The position numbers and the translations under genes are program-made. DNA of 64,000 bases, from assembly GCF_058153355.1 (NCBI RefSeq), contig NZ_CM177019.1; one strand, written 5' to 3'. This document shows, in pieces, positions 36,649 to 48,944 of this stretch. Positions within the stretch are counted from its first letter, which is position 1, and every line of letters starts with the position of its first letter. The notes beneath the pieces were generated by a model. The model worked only from the letters and a program-made list of their open reading frames with translations. It was not told the origin of the DNA and made no database searches.

Positions 36649-37698
36649 ATGGCAACAGGCACGCAGCCCGATGCTGGGCAGATCCTCAACTCGCTGATTA
36701 ACAGTATTTTGTTAATTGATGACAACCTGGCGATCCATTACGCCAACCCCGCCGCACAACAACTGCTCGCTCAAAGCTCCCGCAAATTGTTTGGTACACC
36801 GTTACCGGAACTGTTGAGCTACTTCTCATTAAATATCGAGCTGATGCAAGAAAGTCTTGAGGCGGGGCAAGGTTTTACCGATAACGAAGTGACGCTGGTC
36901 ATCGACGGGCGCTCGCATATCCTTTCTGTGACGGCCCAGCGTATGCCGGACGGCATGATCCTGCTGGAGATGGCACCGATGGATAACCAGCGCCGCTTAA
37001 GTCAGGAACAGCTACAGCACGCCCAGCAGGTTGCTGCCCGTGATTTAGTGCGCGGCCTGGCACATGAGATTAAAAATCCGCTTGGCGGTTTACGTGGCGC
37101 GGCCCAGTTGCTCAGCAAAGCATTACCTGACCCGTCACTACTCGAATATACCAAAGTGATTATCGAACAGGCGGACCGGCTGCGAAATCTGGTCGACCGT
37201 CTGTTGGGGCCGCAACTGCCCGGTACGCGCGTTACCGAAAGTATTCACAAAGTGGCTGAACGCGTGGTGACGCTGGTGTCGATGGAACTGCCGGACAACG
37301 TGCGGTTGATTCGTGATTACGACCCCAGCCTGCCGGAACTGGCGCACGACCCGGATCAAATTGAACAGGTATTGCTGAATATTGTGCGCAATGCGCTACA
37401 GGCACTGGGGCCGGAAGGTGGTGAAATCATTCTGCGTACCCGCACCGCGTTTCAACTGACCTTACACGGCGAGCGCTATCGGCTGGCGGCGCGGATTGAT
37501 GTGGAAGATAACGGGCCAGGCATTCCGCCTCATTTGCAGGATACGCTGTTTTACCCGATGGTCAGCGGCCGCGAAGGTGGCACCGGGCTTGGCTTATCCA
37601 TCGCCCGTAATTTGATTGATCAGCATTCAGGCAAAATTGAATTTACCAGTTGGCCAGGTCATACCGAGTTCTCGGTTTACCTGCCTATCAGGAAATAA
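36649..37698 (+). CDS. glnL: Nitrogen-regulation sensor kinase NtrB (GlnL)
   Basis: 349 aa with the H-box [11 protein letters not shown] and N/G boxes, matching E. coli NtrB. Confidence 0.97.
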
Positions 37699-37709
37699 AG
37701 GTGACGTTT

Positions 37710-39119
37710 ATGCAACGAGGGATAGTCTGGGTAGTCGATGACGATAGTTCCATCCGTTGGGTGCTTGAACGTGCGCTCGCTGGAGCGGGTTTAACCTGTA
37801 CGACATTTGAGAACGGCGCGGAAGTACTGGAGGCGCTGGCGAGCAAAACGCCGGATGTGCTGCTTTCAGATATCCGTATGCCGGGAATGGACGGGCTTGC
37901 GCTGCTCAAGCAGATTAAACAGCGCCATCCGATGCTTCCGGTCATCATTATGACCGCACATTCCGATCTGGATGCTGCCGTCAGCGCCTATCAACAAGGG
38001 GCGTTTGATTATCTGCCCAAACCGTTTGATATCGACGAAGCCGTGGCGCTGGTTGAGCGCGCCATCAGCCATTATCAGGAACAGCAGCAACCGCGTAATG
38101 TTCAGCTTAACGGCCCGACGACCGATATCATCGGCGAAGCGCCAGCCATGCAGGACGTGTTCCGGATTATCGGTCGGCTTTCACGTTCTTCTATTAGCGT
38201 GCTGATTAACGGCGAATCCGGCACCGGTAAAGAACTGGTCGCTCATGCCCTGCATCGCCACAGTCCTCGAGCCAAAGCGCCGTTTATCGCGCTGAATATG
38301 GCGGCTATCCCGAAGGATTTGATCGAATCAGAACTGTTCGGTCACGAGAAAGGCGCGTTTACCGGCGCGAATACTATTCGTCAGGGGCGTTTTGAACAGG
38401 CCGATGGCGGCACGTTATTCCTCGATGAAATTGGCGATATGCCGCTCGATGTACAGACGCGTTTGCTGCGCGTGCTGGCAGACGGTCAGTTTTATCGCGT
38501 TGGCGGCTATGCGCCGGTGAAAGTGGATGTGCGGATTATCGCTGCAACCCATCAGAATCTCGAACAGCGGGTACAGGAAGGCAAGTTCCGTGAGGATTTG
38601 TTCCACCGCCTGAACGTTATCCGCGTTCATCTGCCGCCGCTGCGTGAGCGTCGGGAAGATATTCCCCGTCTGGCACGCCATTTTTTACAGGTTGCCGCGC
38701 GCGAACTGGGCGTAGAAGCGAAGTTGCTGCATCCGGAAACCGAAGCCGCGCTGACGCGTCTGGCATGGCCGGGTAACGTGCGCCAGCTGGAAAACACCTG
38801 CCGTTGGTTAACGGTGATGGCCGCCGGGCAGGAAGTGTTGATTCAGGATTTGCCTGGCGAACTGTTTGAATCAACGGTTGCGGAGAGTACTCCGCAAATG
38901 CAACCGGACAGTTGGGCAACGCTGTTAGCGCAGTGGGCAGACAGAGCGCTGCGTTCCGGTCATCAAAATTTGCTTTCCGAAGCGCAGCCTGAGCTTGAGC
39001 GGACGTTACTGACGACCGCGTTGCGACATACGCAGGGGCATAAACAGGAAGCGGCGCGGCTACTTGGCTGGGGGCGTAACACCCTGACGCGGAAGTTAAA
39101 AGAGCTGGGGATGGAGTGA
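37710..39119 (+). CDS. glnG: Sigma-54 enhancer-binding response regulator NtrC (GlnG)
   Basis: The track ORF is trimmed to [23 protein letters not shown] (469 aa). It has receiver, AAA+ ([14 protein letters not shown]) and Fis-type HTH domains. Confidence 0.97.
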   Translation: MQRGIVWVVDDDSSIRWVLERALAGAGLTCTTFENGAEVLEALASKTPDVLLSDIRMPGMDGLALLKQIKQRHPMLPVIIMTAHSDLDAAVSAYQQGAFDYLPKPFDIDEAVALVERAISHYQEQQQPRNVQLNGPTTDIIGEAPAMQDVFRIIGRLSRSSISVLINGESGTGKELVAHALHRHSPRAKAPFIALNMAAIPKDLIESELFGHEKGAFTGANTIRQGRFEQADGGTLFLDEIGDMPLDVQTRLLRVLADGQFYRVGGYAPVKVDVRIIAATHQNLEQRVQEGKFREDLFHRLNVIRVHLPPLRERREDIPRLARHFLQVAARELGVEAKLLHPETEAALTRLAWPGNVRQLENTCRWLTVMAAGQEVLIQDLPGELFESTVAESTPQMQPDSWATLLAQWADRALRSGHQNLLSEAQPELERTLLTTALRHTQGHKQEAARLLGWGRNTLTRKLKELGME

Positions 39120-39230
39120 TTCACAGCTTGTGTGTAAAGATTGATTATTGAGCGCAAATTGCTGGTATTTTGCGCTTTACTGTTCCGATAAGTTCAGTAT
39201 GATCTTGCCCGGAAAACGGGGAGAGTCATT

Positions 39231-39341
39231 ATGCTGGAATCAATAATTAATCTGGTATCGAGTGGCGCAGTTGACAGCCACACACCGCAAACTGCCGTTG
39301 CTGCCGTGCTGTGTGCTGCGATGATTGGGCTGTTTAGCTGA
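39231..39341 (+). CDS. yshB: Small membrane protein YshB (36 aa)
   Basis: Manual translation gives MLESIINLVSSGAVDSHTPQTAVAAVLCAAMIGLFS, with GGAG upstream. Its position between glnG and hemN matches my recall of yshB. Confidence 0.7.
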   Translation: MLESIINLVSSGAVDSHTPQTAVAAVLCAAMIGLFS

Positions 39342-39354
39342 AGCTCGTTGTTTA

Positions 39355-39468
39355 TGCCGGATGCGGAGAAAGTCGTAGGCCTGATAAGACGCGACCAGCG
39401 TCGCATCAGGCATCATGCTCAGATGCCGGATGCAGCGTAAACGCCTTATCCGGCCTACAAAAGCAATA
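39355..39468. repeat. BIME / cluster of REP elements
   Basis: gccggatgcgg..., gtaggcctgataagacgcg...cgtcgcatcaggc and gatgccggatgcagcgtaaacgccttatccggcctac are typical REP palindromes. Confidence 0.85.
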
Positions 39469-39569
39469 ATTTCAACAGGTTTTCTTAACCAGCGCATCAA
39501 GCAATCTTGTTCTCAGCACATTGATGGCGCTTTCGTTTTCTACTTTGTAAACGAAGCGCCATTCACCAT

Positions 39570-40943
39570 TTAAATCACCCGTGAGAACTGCTGCATCCGC
39601 GCTTTCTGGCGCAGATAGGTATCAAAGCACATGCAAATGTTGCGGATCAGCAGGCGACCTTTCGCCGTTACCTGAATCCCCTTCTCATCCACATCCACCA
39701 GCCCATCTTTTGCTAACGGGGCAAGCAGCTTGAGATCTTCTGCAAAGTAGTCAGCGAAGAGCAAATCCCACTGTTGCTCAATAGGGGCGTAATCCAGACG
39801 GAAGTTGCAGATGAGCGACTTAATCACATCGCGGCGAATACAGTCATCACGCGTTAGCGCAATACCACGCCACAGCGCATTGCCTTGTTCATCCACTTGC
39901 TGATAGTACTGCTTCAACTCTTTCTGGTTCTGCGCGTAGCAGTCGCCAATCATGCTGATGGCGGAAACGCCCATCCCCAGCAGATCGGTATCGCCCTGAG
40001 TGGTGTAGCCCTGGAAGTTACGATGCAGCACGCCTTCACGCTGGGCCACCGCCAGCTCGTCATCCGGACGGGCAAAGTGATCCATACCGATAAACTGATA
40101 GCCCGATTGTGTCAGGAAGGCGATGGTTTCCTGCAGGATATCCAGTTTTTGCTGTGGACTCGGCAGGTCAGCATCTTTGATTTTTCGCTGAGCAGCAAAA
40201 ATGGTCGGCAGATGCGCATAGTTAAAGACGCTCAGACGATCGGGGTTCAGCTCCGCCACGCGTTTCAGGGTAAAAGCGAAACTCTCCGGCGTCTGTTTCG
40301 GCAGGCCGTAAATCAGGTCGATGTTGGTGGAGGTAAAGCCAATCTCACGCGCATGGTTAAGCAGTGCAAAGATGAACTCTTCATCCTGCTCGCGGTTAAC
40401 CAGACGTTGCACTTCTTTATTGAAGTCCTGCACGCCCATGCTCAGGCGATTAAAGCCTTCGGCGCGTAAATGATCGAGTACATCCAGTTCGATTTCCCGC
40501 GGATCGACTTCGATCGAAATCTCCGCATCGGCATTGAACTGGAAGTTTTCGCGCAGCAGCTTCATCAGGCGGCTGATTTGCGCTTTGTTCAGATACGTCG
40601 GCGTACCACCGCCCCAGTGCAATTGGCTGACGTGACGCCCGGCGAACAGCGGTGCACGATGGACGATTTCTTGCTCCAGTGCGTCCAGATACTGATCGGC
40701 CTTGTGCTGCTGGCGAGTAACAATCTTATTGCAACCGCAGAAGTAACAAAGCTTATGGCAGAACGGGATATGTACGTAGAGAGATAATGGACGCTCAGGA
40801 TAGCGCGCCACGGCTTGTAAAAACGCCTGTTCGCCGAAGTCTTCTGAAAACTCCAGCGCGGTTGGGTACGAGGTGTATCGTGGCCCGGAATAGTTATATT
40901 TCTGGATCAGGGCCAGATCCCAGTCGATTTGCTGTACAGACAT
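39570..40943 (-). CDS. hemN: Oxygen-independent coproporphyrinogen III dehydrogenase HemN (radical SAM)
   Basis: Trimmed to MSVQQIDWDLALIQKYNYSGPRYTSYPTALEF (457 aa). It contains HIPFCHKLCYFCGC. Confidence 0.97.
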   Translation of the reverse strand: MSVQQIDWDLALIQKYNYSGPRYTSYPTALEFSEDFGEQAFLQAVARYPERPLSLYVHIPFCHKLCYFCGCNKIVTRQQHKADQYLDALEQEIVHRAPLFAGRHVSQLHWGGGTPTYLNKAQISRLMKLLRENFQFNADAEISIEVDPREIELDVLDHLRAEGFNRLSMGVQDFNKEVQRLVNREQDEEFIFALLNHAREIGFTSTNIDLIYGLPKQTPESFAFTLKRVAELNPDRLSVFNYAHLPTIFAAQRKIKDADLPSPQQKLDILQETIAFLTQSGYQFIGMDHFARPDDELAVAQREGVLHRNFQGYTTQGDTDLLGMGVSAISMIGDCYAQNQKELKQYYQQVDEQGNALWRGIALTRDDCIRRDVIKSLICNFRLDYAPIEQQWDLLFADYFAEDLKLLAPLAKDGLVDVDEKGIQVTAKGRLLIRNICMCFDTYLRQKARMQQFSRVI

Positions 40944-41131
40944 GCTCACTCCTTCCGATGGCGTCTCTGGCGGCTACGGCGTACCGGCGGATGCCCGTTT
41001 CGAGTCATCAGCCGGTTGCGCAGCCACTTTTGTCGCCGCGACAACCGCTGTAGTTTAACGAATAACCACACCAGATAACATATAACCGGAAGGGTTATCA
41101 GCAGAACGGGAAGGCCCACGGCGGCAATCCG

Positions 41132-41641
41132 TTAGTTGCCCCGCAGCAGACGCATCATGTCTTCTTGCTTCTCGTCTTCTTCCTCTTCTTCGTCATCGTC
41201 ATAAGAGAGGCCGAGTTTCTGCATCAACTCATCAATACGATCCAGTTTGGCATCCACCCAGGATTGCTCTTCGGCGCTCAGGGTTTCGCCTGCCTCCAGA
41301 CGTTCCAGCAGCGCATCCAGACGCTCATCCGTTTCCAGTAACTCCAACTCCGCCTGCGGTGAAAGCATAGGTTTCTCACTCTTCGGTTTGTGCTGTTTGG
41401 TGACTTTTTCAGTCACGCCCAATGGAATAGGGGTTTTACTGCCAATACGTGGATCTTTCGGTGCGTTCTGGCCTTTGCTGCCTGACGTGGTGTTACCGCC
41501 CGCTGCGCGGCTGCCCGGCGCATGACCACGACGTTTTTTCTGACGCTTGCGGTCACGAGCTTCCTGATCCAGCTCCTCGCGTGTTTTTCGACGCGCTTTT
41601 GCATGACCTTTGCTGCGTGAGTTTGAAGATGATGGTTTCAT
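41132..41641 (-). CDS. yihI: Der GTPase-activating protein YihI
   Basis: Trimmed to [40 protein letters not shown]... (169 aa), with an acidic C-terminus. Confidence 0.93.
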   Translation of the reverse strand: MKPSSSNSRSKGHAKARRKTREELDQEARDRKRQKKRRGHAPGSRAAGGNTTSGSKGQNAPKDPRIGSKTPIPLGVTEKVTKQHKPKSEKPMLSPQAELELLETDERLDALLERLEAGETLSAEEQSWVDAKLDRIDELMQKLGLSYDDDEEEEEDEKQEDMMRLLRGN

Positions 41642-41705
41642 AATGGTTCGTCTTTTAGCCGTTTTATTCAGTATAGATTTGCGGCGGAATCTAACAGAAA
41701 GCAAG

Positions 41706-41952
41706 CAAAGAAAAAAGGCGACAGATTACTCTGTCGCCTTTTTTCCTGACTCATAACCCTTAACGGGTCTTACAATCCTTGCAGGCCGCCAACACACCCT
41801 GTTTTTCCATTAGCCGGAACAATCCGTGTTGATTCCATTTCCGTTTAATTACGTCTCCGGACGTTTGTCTTCCTGACAATCCTCTGTCTTCGCCTCCTGG
41901 CGCTCCTGACCCTCATCCTGAGTCATTGTTCCTGTTAGCGTCCTCGCTCTAT
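41706..41952 (-). ncRNA. csrC: CsrC small RNA (CsrA-sequestering)
   Basis: The minus strand begins ATAGAGCGAGGACGCTAACAGGAAC, carries many (C)AGGA(N)G CsrA-binding motifs, and ends in the terminator AAAAAAGGCGACAG-agtaat-CTGTCGCCTTTTTT. It lies between engB and yihI, as in K-12 (recall). Confidence 0.88.
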
Positions 41953-42222
41953 GGGTGCTACTTTACGCCTTTGCTTTAAACAAACAATCAACCGCCATCA
42001 GTATTTGCACATTTTCAGAGTTTTATATAAAAGCAATTAACTGATTTATATAGCTTATTTGACATGCATCGCAGAATTTTCTCTGCTATTTCGCATAAAG
42101 ACTATCGGCAATGTCTCACAAAGCGTATGGCTTTTACTTACAACGCTCACGCCGAAAAATCCGCCTTTTATTATGGTTCAGGTATAATCGCCGCAAAGCT
42201 TTGACTGACGGAGACGACCGCT

Positions 42223-42855
42223 TTGACTAATTTGAATTATCAACAGACGCATTTTGTGATGAGTGCGCCTGATATTCGCCACCTACCTTCCGATACCGGA
42301 ATTGAAGTGGCTTTTGCAGGCCGTTCCAACGCAGGTAAATCCAGCGCGCTGAACACGCTGACTAACCAGAAAAGCCTGGCGCGGACCTCAAAAACCCCAG
42401 GGCGCACCCAGCTTATCAACCTGTTTGAAGTGGCTGACGGCAAGCGTCTGGTTGACCTGCCCGGCTATGGCTACGCGGAAGTCCCGGAAGAGATGAAGCG
42501 CAAATGGCAACGCGCGCTCGGCGAGTACCTCGAAAAACGTCAGAGCCTGCAAGGCCTGGTGGTACTCATGGATATTCGCCATCCGTTGAAAGACCTCGAT
42601 CAGCAGATGATTGAGTGGGCGGTAGACAGTAATATCGCCGTACTGGTGCTGCTGACCAAAGCGGACAAACTGGCAAGCGGCGCACGTAAAGCACAATTGA
42701 ATATGGTGCGTGAAGCAGTGCTGGCGTTTAACGGTGATGTGCAGGTTGAAACGTTCTCTTCGCTGAAGAAGCAAGGCGTGGACAAGCTGCGGCAGAAACT
42801 GGATACCTGGTTTAGCGAGATGCAGCCTGTAGAAGAAACGCAGGACGGCGAATAA
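42223..42855 (+). CDS. engB: Ribosome-biogenesis GTPase EngB (YihA)
   Basis: 210 aa with a TTG start: [41 protein letters not shown]... Confidence 0.95.
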
Positions 42856-42875
42856 TTTTCTTGCCTTAATGCTTG

Positions 42876-42956
42876 TGCCGGATGTGGCGTATCCGGCCCG
42901 TAAATTCAATAGATTACACTTCTACCGTTGGCCTGATAATCAGTGCGCATCAGGCA
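42876..42956. repeat. REP-like palindromes downstream of engB
   Basis: tgccggatgtggcgtatccggcc and ggcctgataatcagtgcgcatcaggc. Confidence 0.7.
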
Positions 42957-42980
42957 TTACAGATCTTTTCTTTCGCCCAA

Positions 42981-43089
42981 TAAAAAACGCCCCAGTCATT
43001 ACTGACTGGGGCGGCTAAAATATTCAGCCAAATCCGATTACGTGAAGTAAAAGGTCTGAAAGATAGAACATCTTACCTCTGTACCCTAC
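42981..43089 (-). ncRNA. spf: Spot 42 small RNA
   Basis: The reverse complement reads GTAGGGTACAGAGGTAAGATGTTCTATCTTTCAGACCTTTTACTTCACGTAATCGGATTTGGCTGAATATTTTAGCCGCCCCAGTCAGTAATGACTGGGGCGTTTTTTA (109 nt), the Spot 42 sequence as I recall it. It lies downstream of polA. Confidence 0.95.
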
Positions 43090-43236
43090 GCGACTAACTT
43101 TACTCTTTTTTGTTCAGTTCAGAAAGCATTTTTTGTAATTTTTTTTCAGTTGTTGCATAGGAATTTCTAATAGCCATCACAAAACGTGACAGCTTATGTT
43201 GCTTACTTACGAAAAAAGGGCATGTTCAGGCGAATC

Positions 43237-46023
43237 TTAGTGCGCCTGATCCCAGTTTTCGCCACTCCCCACTTCCACCAGCAACGGCACATCCAGACGG
43301 GTACAGTTTTCCATCAGTTGATGAATCTGTTTCGCGACGGCATCGACATCATCTTTATGAACTTCAAATACCAGTTCATCGTGTACCTGCATAATCATAC
43401 GCACACGCGGTTGCTCAGCTTGTAACCACGCATCAACGGCAATCATCGCTCGTTTGATAATGTCGGCGGCGGTTCCCTGCATTGGCGCGTTAATGGCTGC
43501 ACGTTCAGCCGCTGCACGACGAGCACCATTGCTGGATTTGATATCCGGCAGATACAGACGGCGTCCGTCCAGCGTTTCAACGTAGCCCTGTTCTTTCGCC
43601 TGCGCACGGGTGCGCTCCATATACTCCAGCACGCCTGGGTAGCGTTCGAAGTAAAGGTCCATGTACTTCTGCGCTTCTTTACGTGGAATGTTCAATTGTC
43701 GCGCCAGACCGAAAGCACTCATGCCATAAATCAGACCAAAGTTGATCGCTTTCGCGCTACGACGTTGCTCGCTGGTGACGGTTTCCAGTGGCAAACCAAA
43801 CACTTCTGCCGCCGTAGCCCGGTGGATATCTTTTCCTTCCGCGAATGCGGTCAGCAAGCCTTTGTCACGCGAGAGATGCGCCATAATGCGCAGTTCAATC
43901 TGCGAGTAGTCCGCCGAGACAATCACATAATCCTCTGGCGCAATAAACGCCTGGCGGATACGACGACCTTCTTCGTTACGCACCGGAATGTTTTGCAGGT
44001 TAGGATCGGTTGACGATAAACGTCCCGTTGCGGTTACTGCCTGGTGATAAGAGGTATGTACACGCCCGGTTTTCGGGTTGATCATCAGCGGCAGCTTGTC
44101 GGTGTAGGTCGATTTCAGCTTCGCCAGACCACGATACTCCAGAATCACTTTTGGCAACGGATAGTCCAGCGCCAGTTCTTCCAGTACCTCTTCCGACGTT
44201 GACGGCGCACCACCCGGCGTTTTCTTCAGCGGTTTAATGCCCTGTTTTTCAAACAGAATGGTTTGTAACTGCTTGGTGGAAGAAAGGTTAAATTCTTCAC
44301 CTGCAATTTCATGCGCTTTCTTTTCCAGCTCAGCCAGACGTAGAGTGAGCTCTTCAGAATGATTATGAAGCACTTTCGGATCGATCTTCACACCGTTACG
44401 TTCAATGCGTGAAAGCACCGGCACCAGCGGCATTTCGATGTTCTCGAAGACGTTCAACGGCCCTTTGTGTTTTTGCAGATCCGGCCACATTTTCAGATGC
44501 AGCTGCAAGGTGACATCGGCATCTTCGGCTGCGTAACGTCCGGCCTCTTCGAGGGCAATCTGGTTAAAGGTCAGTTGATTTTTGCCTTTACCGGCAATCT
44601 CTTCAAAAGTGATGGTTTTGTGCTTCAACCAACGTTCCGCGAGGCTGTCCATATCGTGACGCCCGGCAACGCTATTGAGAATGTAGGATTCAAGCATGGT
44701 ATCAAACGCAATCCCACGCAGCTCAATGCCGTAATTCGCCAGAATACCGCGATCGTATTTTAGGTTTTGCCCAACCTTCAGCGCCTTTTCATCTTCCAGC
44801 AGCGGTTTTAGCAACTCGAGTGCACGCCCGCGAGAGATTTGATCGGGCGCATCAAGATAATCATGAGCAACCGGAATATATGCCGCTACGCCTGGCTCGA
44901 TAGCAAAAGAAAGCCCGACCAGGTTGGCAGAGATGTTATCGAGGCTGTCGGTTTCGGTATCAAATGCAAATACCGGCGCTTTTTCCAGCTTCGCAATCCA
45001 CGCTTTCAGTATTTCTTCATCAAGGATGGTGACGTAGTTGTCATAAGAAATCACCGTTGCCGTCACTTCTGGCGCTTCGTCTGCAACACTGGTTTCCTGC
45101 GGCTTCGCGGCTGGTTTTTCCCCTTTAGCCTGTAACCATTTGCCCGCTTCGACATCAGCAGTCCAGCGTTTGAACTCATACTTTTTGAACAGCCCCAACA
45201 ACTCTTCCGCCGCCGGTTGCTGCACTTCCAGTTGTTCACAGGTCAGCTCCAGTTCAACGTCGGTTTTAATCGTCGCCAGCTGGTAAGAGAGATAAGCCAC
45301 TTCTTTGTTTTGCTCGAGCTTCGCTGCCATTGTTTTCGCGCCACGGAAGCTCAACCCAGCAATTTTTTCTGGCTCGGCATACAGCGTATCCAGTCCGCCA
45401 AGACCTTGCAGCAATGCCTGCGCGGTTTTTTCACCAACGCCCGGTACGCCAGGGATGTTATCGGAGGAGTCACCCATCAGCGCCAGGAAATCGATGATCA
45501 GTTCTGGCGGCACGCCGTACTTATTCACCACCTCTTCCGGTCCGAGGATGGTATTCGTCATGGTATTGATAAGCGTAATATTTGGCGTCACCAGCTGCGC
45601 CATATCTTTATCGCCAGTGCTGATCAGCACCGGACGCCCGGCTTTTTCGGCTTCGCGCGCCAGAGTACCGATAACGTCGTCCGCTTCTACGCCAGAAACC
45701 GCCAGCAGCGGCAGTCCCATCGCTTTGACCATCGCGTGCAGAGGTTCGATTTGTGCTCGCAGATCGTCCGGCATTGGCGGGCGATGTGATTTGTAATGTT
45801 CAAACAGTTCATCACGAAAGGTTTTTCCCTTGGCGTCAAAGACCACCGCTGCATGCGTCGGTTTATATTGCATGATTAGACTGCGCAGCATGTTGAGGAC
45901 ACCATACATCGCACCGGTCGGCTCGCCTGCGCTGTTAGTCAGCGGGGGAAACGCGTGATATGCGCGATAAAGATAAGATGAACCATCTACAAGGATAAGT
46001 GGATTTTGGGGGATCTGAACCAT
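43237..46023 (-). CDS. polA: DNA polymerase I
   Basis: 928-aa [44 protein letters not shown]... ending ...[11 protein letters not shown]. Confidence 0.98.
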   Translation of the reverse strand: MVQIPQNPLILVDGSSYLYRAYHAFPPLTNSAGEPTGAMYGVLNMLRSLIMQYKPTHAAVVFDAKGKTFRDELFEHYKSHRPPMPDDLRAQIEPLHAMVKAMGLPLLAVSGVEADDVIGTLAREAEKAGRPVLISTGDKDMAQLVTPNITLINTMTNTILGPEEVVNKYGVPPELIIDFLALMGDSSDNIPGVPGVGEKTAQALLQGLGGLDTLYAEPEKIAGLSFRGAKTMAAKLEQNKEVAYLSYQLATIKTDVELELTCEQLEVQQPAAEELLGLFKKYEFKRWTADVEAGKWLQAKGEKPAAKPQETSVADEAPEVTATVISYDNYVTILDEEILKAWIAKLEKAPVFAFDTETDSLDNISANLVGLSFAIEPGVAAYIPVAHDYLDAPDQISRGRALELLKPLLEDEKALKVGQNLKYDRGILANYGIELRGIAFDTMLESYILNSVAGRHDMDSLAERWLKHKTITFEEIAGKGKNQLTFNQIALEEAGRYAAEDADVTLQLHLKMWPDLQKHKGPLNVFENIEMPLVPVLSRIERNGVKIDPKVLHNHSEELTLRLAELEKKAHEIAGEEFNLSSTKQLQTILFEKQGIKPLKKTPGGAPSTSEEVLEELALDYPLPKVILEYRGLAKLKSTYTDKLPLMINPKTGRVHTSYHQAVTATGRLSSTDPNLQNIPVRNEEGRRIRQAFIAPEDYVIVSADYSQIELRIMAHLSRDKGLLTAFAEGKDIHRATAAEVFGLPLETVTSEQRRSAKAINFGLIYGMSAFGLARQLNIPRKEAQKYMDLYFERYPGVLEYMERTRAQAKEQGYVETLDGRRLYLPDIKSSNGARRAAAERAAINAPMQGTAADIIKRAMIAVDAWLQAEQPRVRMIMQVHDELVFEVHKDDVDAVAKQIHQLMENCTRLDVPLLVEVGSGENWDQAH

Positions 46024-46146
46024 AATGTCCGTGCCTGTTTATCAGATTATGGGTAAAGGATGCCACAGACAGGATGAAAACATGAGTTTTTCACCGCTTT
46101 TCGTGAAAATCTTTTGTAGATCTTCTGGATCGCTCGCAAATCGTCA

Positions 46147-46155
46147 TGTGGATAA
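46147..46155. promoter_or_regulatory. Consensus DnaA box in the polA-yihG divergent promoter region
   Basis: tgtggataa is the complement of TTATCCACA. A near-consensus copy (tgtggatag) lies at 46288-46296. Confidence 0.6.
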
Positions 46156-46386
46156 CTTTGTGCATAAATTATTTACATCACTTTTAATTTATTATCATGC
46201 TTTTTACAGCATGATGTTTGTCTTTGCTTTTCATACAGTTAAATATAAAGCCATCCCTAATAATTGTGATAATGGGATTTTTTCTAATGTGGATAGATAT
46301 GAATTATTTTTCTCCTTAAGGATCATCCGTTATTTGGGGCGTTTTCTGCTAAAATCGGCGCCTTGCGCTTCTTTAGCGCACTGTCT

Positions 46387-47319
46387 ATGGCTAACCTTTT
46401 GAATAAATTCATTATGACGAGAATACTCGCTGCGATAACCCTTTTGCTGAGTATCGTATTGACCATTTTGGTCACTATTTTTTGCTCCGTCCCGATCATC
46501 ATTGCCGGGATTGTAAAACTATTGCTACCTGTGCCAGTCATTTGGCGAAAGGTTTCGCGTTTTTGTGATTTTATGATGTATTGCTGGTGTGAAAGTCTGG
46601 CGGTATTACTGCATCTGAACCCACACCTGCAATGGGAAGTTCACGGGCTGGAAGGGTTAAGTAAGAAGAACTGGTATCTGCTTATTTGTAACCACCGTAG
46701 TTGGGCAGATATTGTCGTACTGTGCGTGCTGTTTCGTAAGCACATTCCGATGAATAAATATTTCCTCAAGCAGCAGCTTGCCTGGGTGCCATTTCTTGGC
46801 CTGGCATGCTGGGCGCTGGATATGCCGTTTATGAAGCGTTATTCCCGCGCTTATTTATTACGTCATCCGGAACGACGTGGTAAAGATGTTGAAACCACCC
46901 GGCGTTCTTGTGAAAAGTTTCGCCTGCACCCCACCACCATTGTCAATTTCGTTGAAGGCTCCCGTTTCACGCAAGAAAAACATCAGCAAACCCACTCCAC
47001 TTTTCAAAACTTGTTGCCACCAAAGGCGGCAGGCATTGCGATGGCGCTAAATGTACTGGGTAAACAATTCGATAAACTGCTTAATGTTACGCTGTGTTAT
47101 CCGGACAATAACCGTCAGCCGTTCTTCGATATGTTAAGCGGTAAACTGACGCGAATTGTCGTACATGTGGATTTGCAGCCTATTTCCGATGAGTTACATG
47201 GCGACTACATCAATGACAAAAGCTTTAAGCGCCATTTTCAGCAATGGCTGAACTCACTGTGGCAGGAAAAAGACCGGCTTCTGACGTCGTTGATGTCATC
47301 ACAGCGGCAGGACAAGTAA
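46387..47319 (+). CDS. yihG: PlsC-family acyltransferase YihG
   Basis: Trimmed to [21 protein letters not shown]... (310 aa), with the acyltransferase HX4D motif (NHRSWAD). Confidence 0.92.
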   Translation: MANLLNKFIMTRILAAITLLLSIVLTILVTIFCSVPIIIAGIVKLLLPVPVIWRKVSRFCDFMMYCWCESLAVLLHLNPHLQWEVHGLEGLSKKNWYLLICNHRSWADIVVLCVLFRKHIPMNKYFLKQQLAWVPFLGLACWALDMPFMKRYSRAYLLRHPERRGKDVETTRRSCEKFRLHPTTIVNFVEGSRFTQEKHQQTHSTFQNLLPPKAAGIAMALNVLGKQFDKLLNVTLCYPDNNRQPFFDMLSGKLTRIVVHVDLQPISDELHGDYINDKSFKRHFQQWLNSLWQEKDRLLTSLMSSQRQDK

Positions 47320-47359
47320 ATTTTGCTCGCCTCTGAATGAGCAGAGGCGAGTGAGTATT

Positions 47360-48790
47360 TTAATGAACAAAACGTCCGGCACGAGACATAAATTCTTCTT
47401 CGCTCATCTCCTGTCCGTTAAAAACAACTTTACCCGGTGTATAACGCAGTTGCAGCGAGGCGGTATTGTTGTCAATCGTGATTAACTGAAACATCTGACC
47501 TAATGTCATCATCCCGCTGATTTGTTTATCAGCCTGCTTTTGCGCTTTTTCCGCATCCATGCCTTCAGATAAATTAAGCTGTTTTGCGGTTTCTGTGACA
47601 ACATTAAGCGGTAACTTCACGTCAAAATTGAGCGATTTAATATCTTTGTTTGTGGATGATGAAGATTTGGCTGGGTCGGCAATACTGATATCCAGATTGG
47701 CATTTAGTTCGCCGAGTGCGTTCTTCCATCTTACCGGTTGTTTAATGGTCGGCTCACTTTTTTGTAATAACGGTAAATACTCTTTGAACAATGCAGCATT
47801 CACTTCTTGCAGAGCAACTTCATCGTTTGCTAACTCAGGGTGTGCAGCAAGCTGCTTCTGCATCGCAATGTTATACTGAATGATAAATTGGCGCACCGCT
47901 GAGGGATCAATAGATTCCGCAATCAAGGACCACTCACCACTACCGAGTTGCTGATTCCCTTTTGTTAACTTATCAAGTTCGTAGGTCAGATTGACATTGA
48001 TATAATCTTTGTCTTTAACGCGATCCAGCCTGGTTTTTGCAACGAAAGCATCGATTTGGGCAACGTCTTCTCCCTGATTGATAATGTTAATCTTGTTAAA
48101 TTTCGACTCGCTTTCGCCAACCGGAAATTTCTTTTCTTCTAATCGCGTCAGAGAATCAATGGTAAAACTTTTCGCTGTTACTTTGTTCAATGGCGATAAT
48201 TCCAGAACAAGATCTTCGACTTTGCCTTCAATATCCAGATTAAACAATGAACTACCATCACCATTAAAAGTAAACTGGCCTTCACCAAAAGAAAAATTTC
48301 CATATTTTGCAGGGGCAACATCTAATGTCGTGGAGAATGAGCCACCAAACGCGAATCGCAATGTCGCTTCCACGGGCGATTTATTTTTTGCGGCGATAAA
48401 TAGCGGTTGTGTCAGTTCATTATTCACTAAGTTCACTTTTGCCGCTGCCAGTACGGGGATGACATTACCACGCATTAACATTGTGATGGGCAACGGACCG
48501 TGCTCAACATCCACATCAAATGCAACTTTCTGGCCTGGCTTGATATTGAGATCGGGTGCACCGTTATCAAATGTCATTTGCATTTGAAAATGAGAATTAA
48601 AAAAGCCTTTGTCAAAGTTTTTATAACTTAACGTCATATCGTAGGCATGTTCACCTTTCTTTTTAGCATCGTTAAAATCTTTAATAAACTTTTCGACACC
48701 AGGCTGAATTTGCGTACCTGTGTACCATGTGCCACCACCCCAGATTACGGCTAACGCAACAATAACACCTGTAGCTGACTTACGTATCAT
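47360..48790 (-). CDS. yihF: DUF945-family protein YihF
   Basis: Trimmed to MIRKSATGVIVALAVIWGGGTWYTG... (476 aa), with an N-terminal signal/anchor. Confidence 0.9.
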   Translation of the reverse strand: MIRKSATGVIVALAVIWGGGTWYTGTQIQPGVEKFIKDFNDAKKKGEHAYDMTLSYKNFDKGFFNSHFQMQMTFDNGAPDLNIKPGQKVAFDVDVEHGPLPITMLMRGNVIPVLAAAKVNLVNNELTQPLFIAAKNKSPVEATLRFAFGGSFSTTLDVAPAKYGNFSFGEGQFTFNGDGSSLFNLDIEGKVEDLVLELSPLNKVTAKSFTIDSLTRLEEKKFPVGESESKFNKINIINQGEDVAQIDAFVAKTRLDRVKDKDYINVNLTYELDKLTKGNQQLGSGEWSLIAESIDPSAVRQFIIQYNIAMQKQLAAHPELANDEVALQEVNAALFKEYLPLLQKSEPTIKQPVRWKNALGELNANLDISIADPAKSSSSTNKDIKSLNFDVKLPLNVVTETAKQLNLSEGMDAEKAQKQADKQISGMMTLGQMFQLITIDNNTASLQLRYTPGKVVFNGQEMSEEEFMSRAGRFVH

Positions 48791-48944
48791 ATAAATATTC
48801 CCTGATAAAACAGCAAAACTTTGAATATCCACTTATGCTGAAATAATGTCCAGCGGCAGGACGCATTATCAGAATGTATTTATATTTATTAAATAATAAA
48901 AAAAGCCCGTGAATATTCACGGGCTTTATGTAATTTACATTGAA

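Noticed and set aside
39194-39500. 70-aa and 86-aa minus-strand ORFs
   Set aside because: They run through REP/BIME palindromes and lie antisense to yshB. They are non-coding repeat sequence.
46025-46402. 125-aa plus-strand ORF in the polA-yihG intergenic region
   Set aside because: The sequence is AT-rich with a low-complexity, hydrophobic and odd translation, and no SD is present. The region is the divergent promoter interval with DnaA boxes, and the ORF overlaps the true yihG start.
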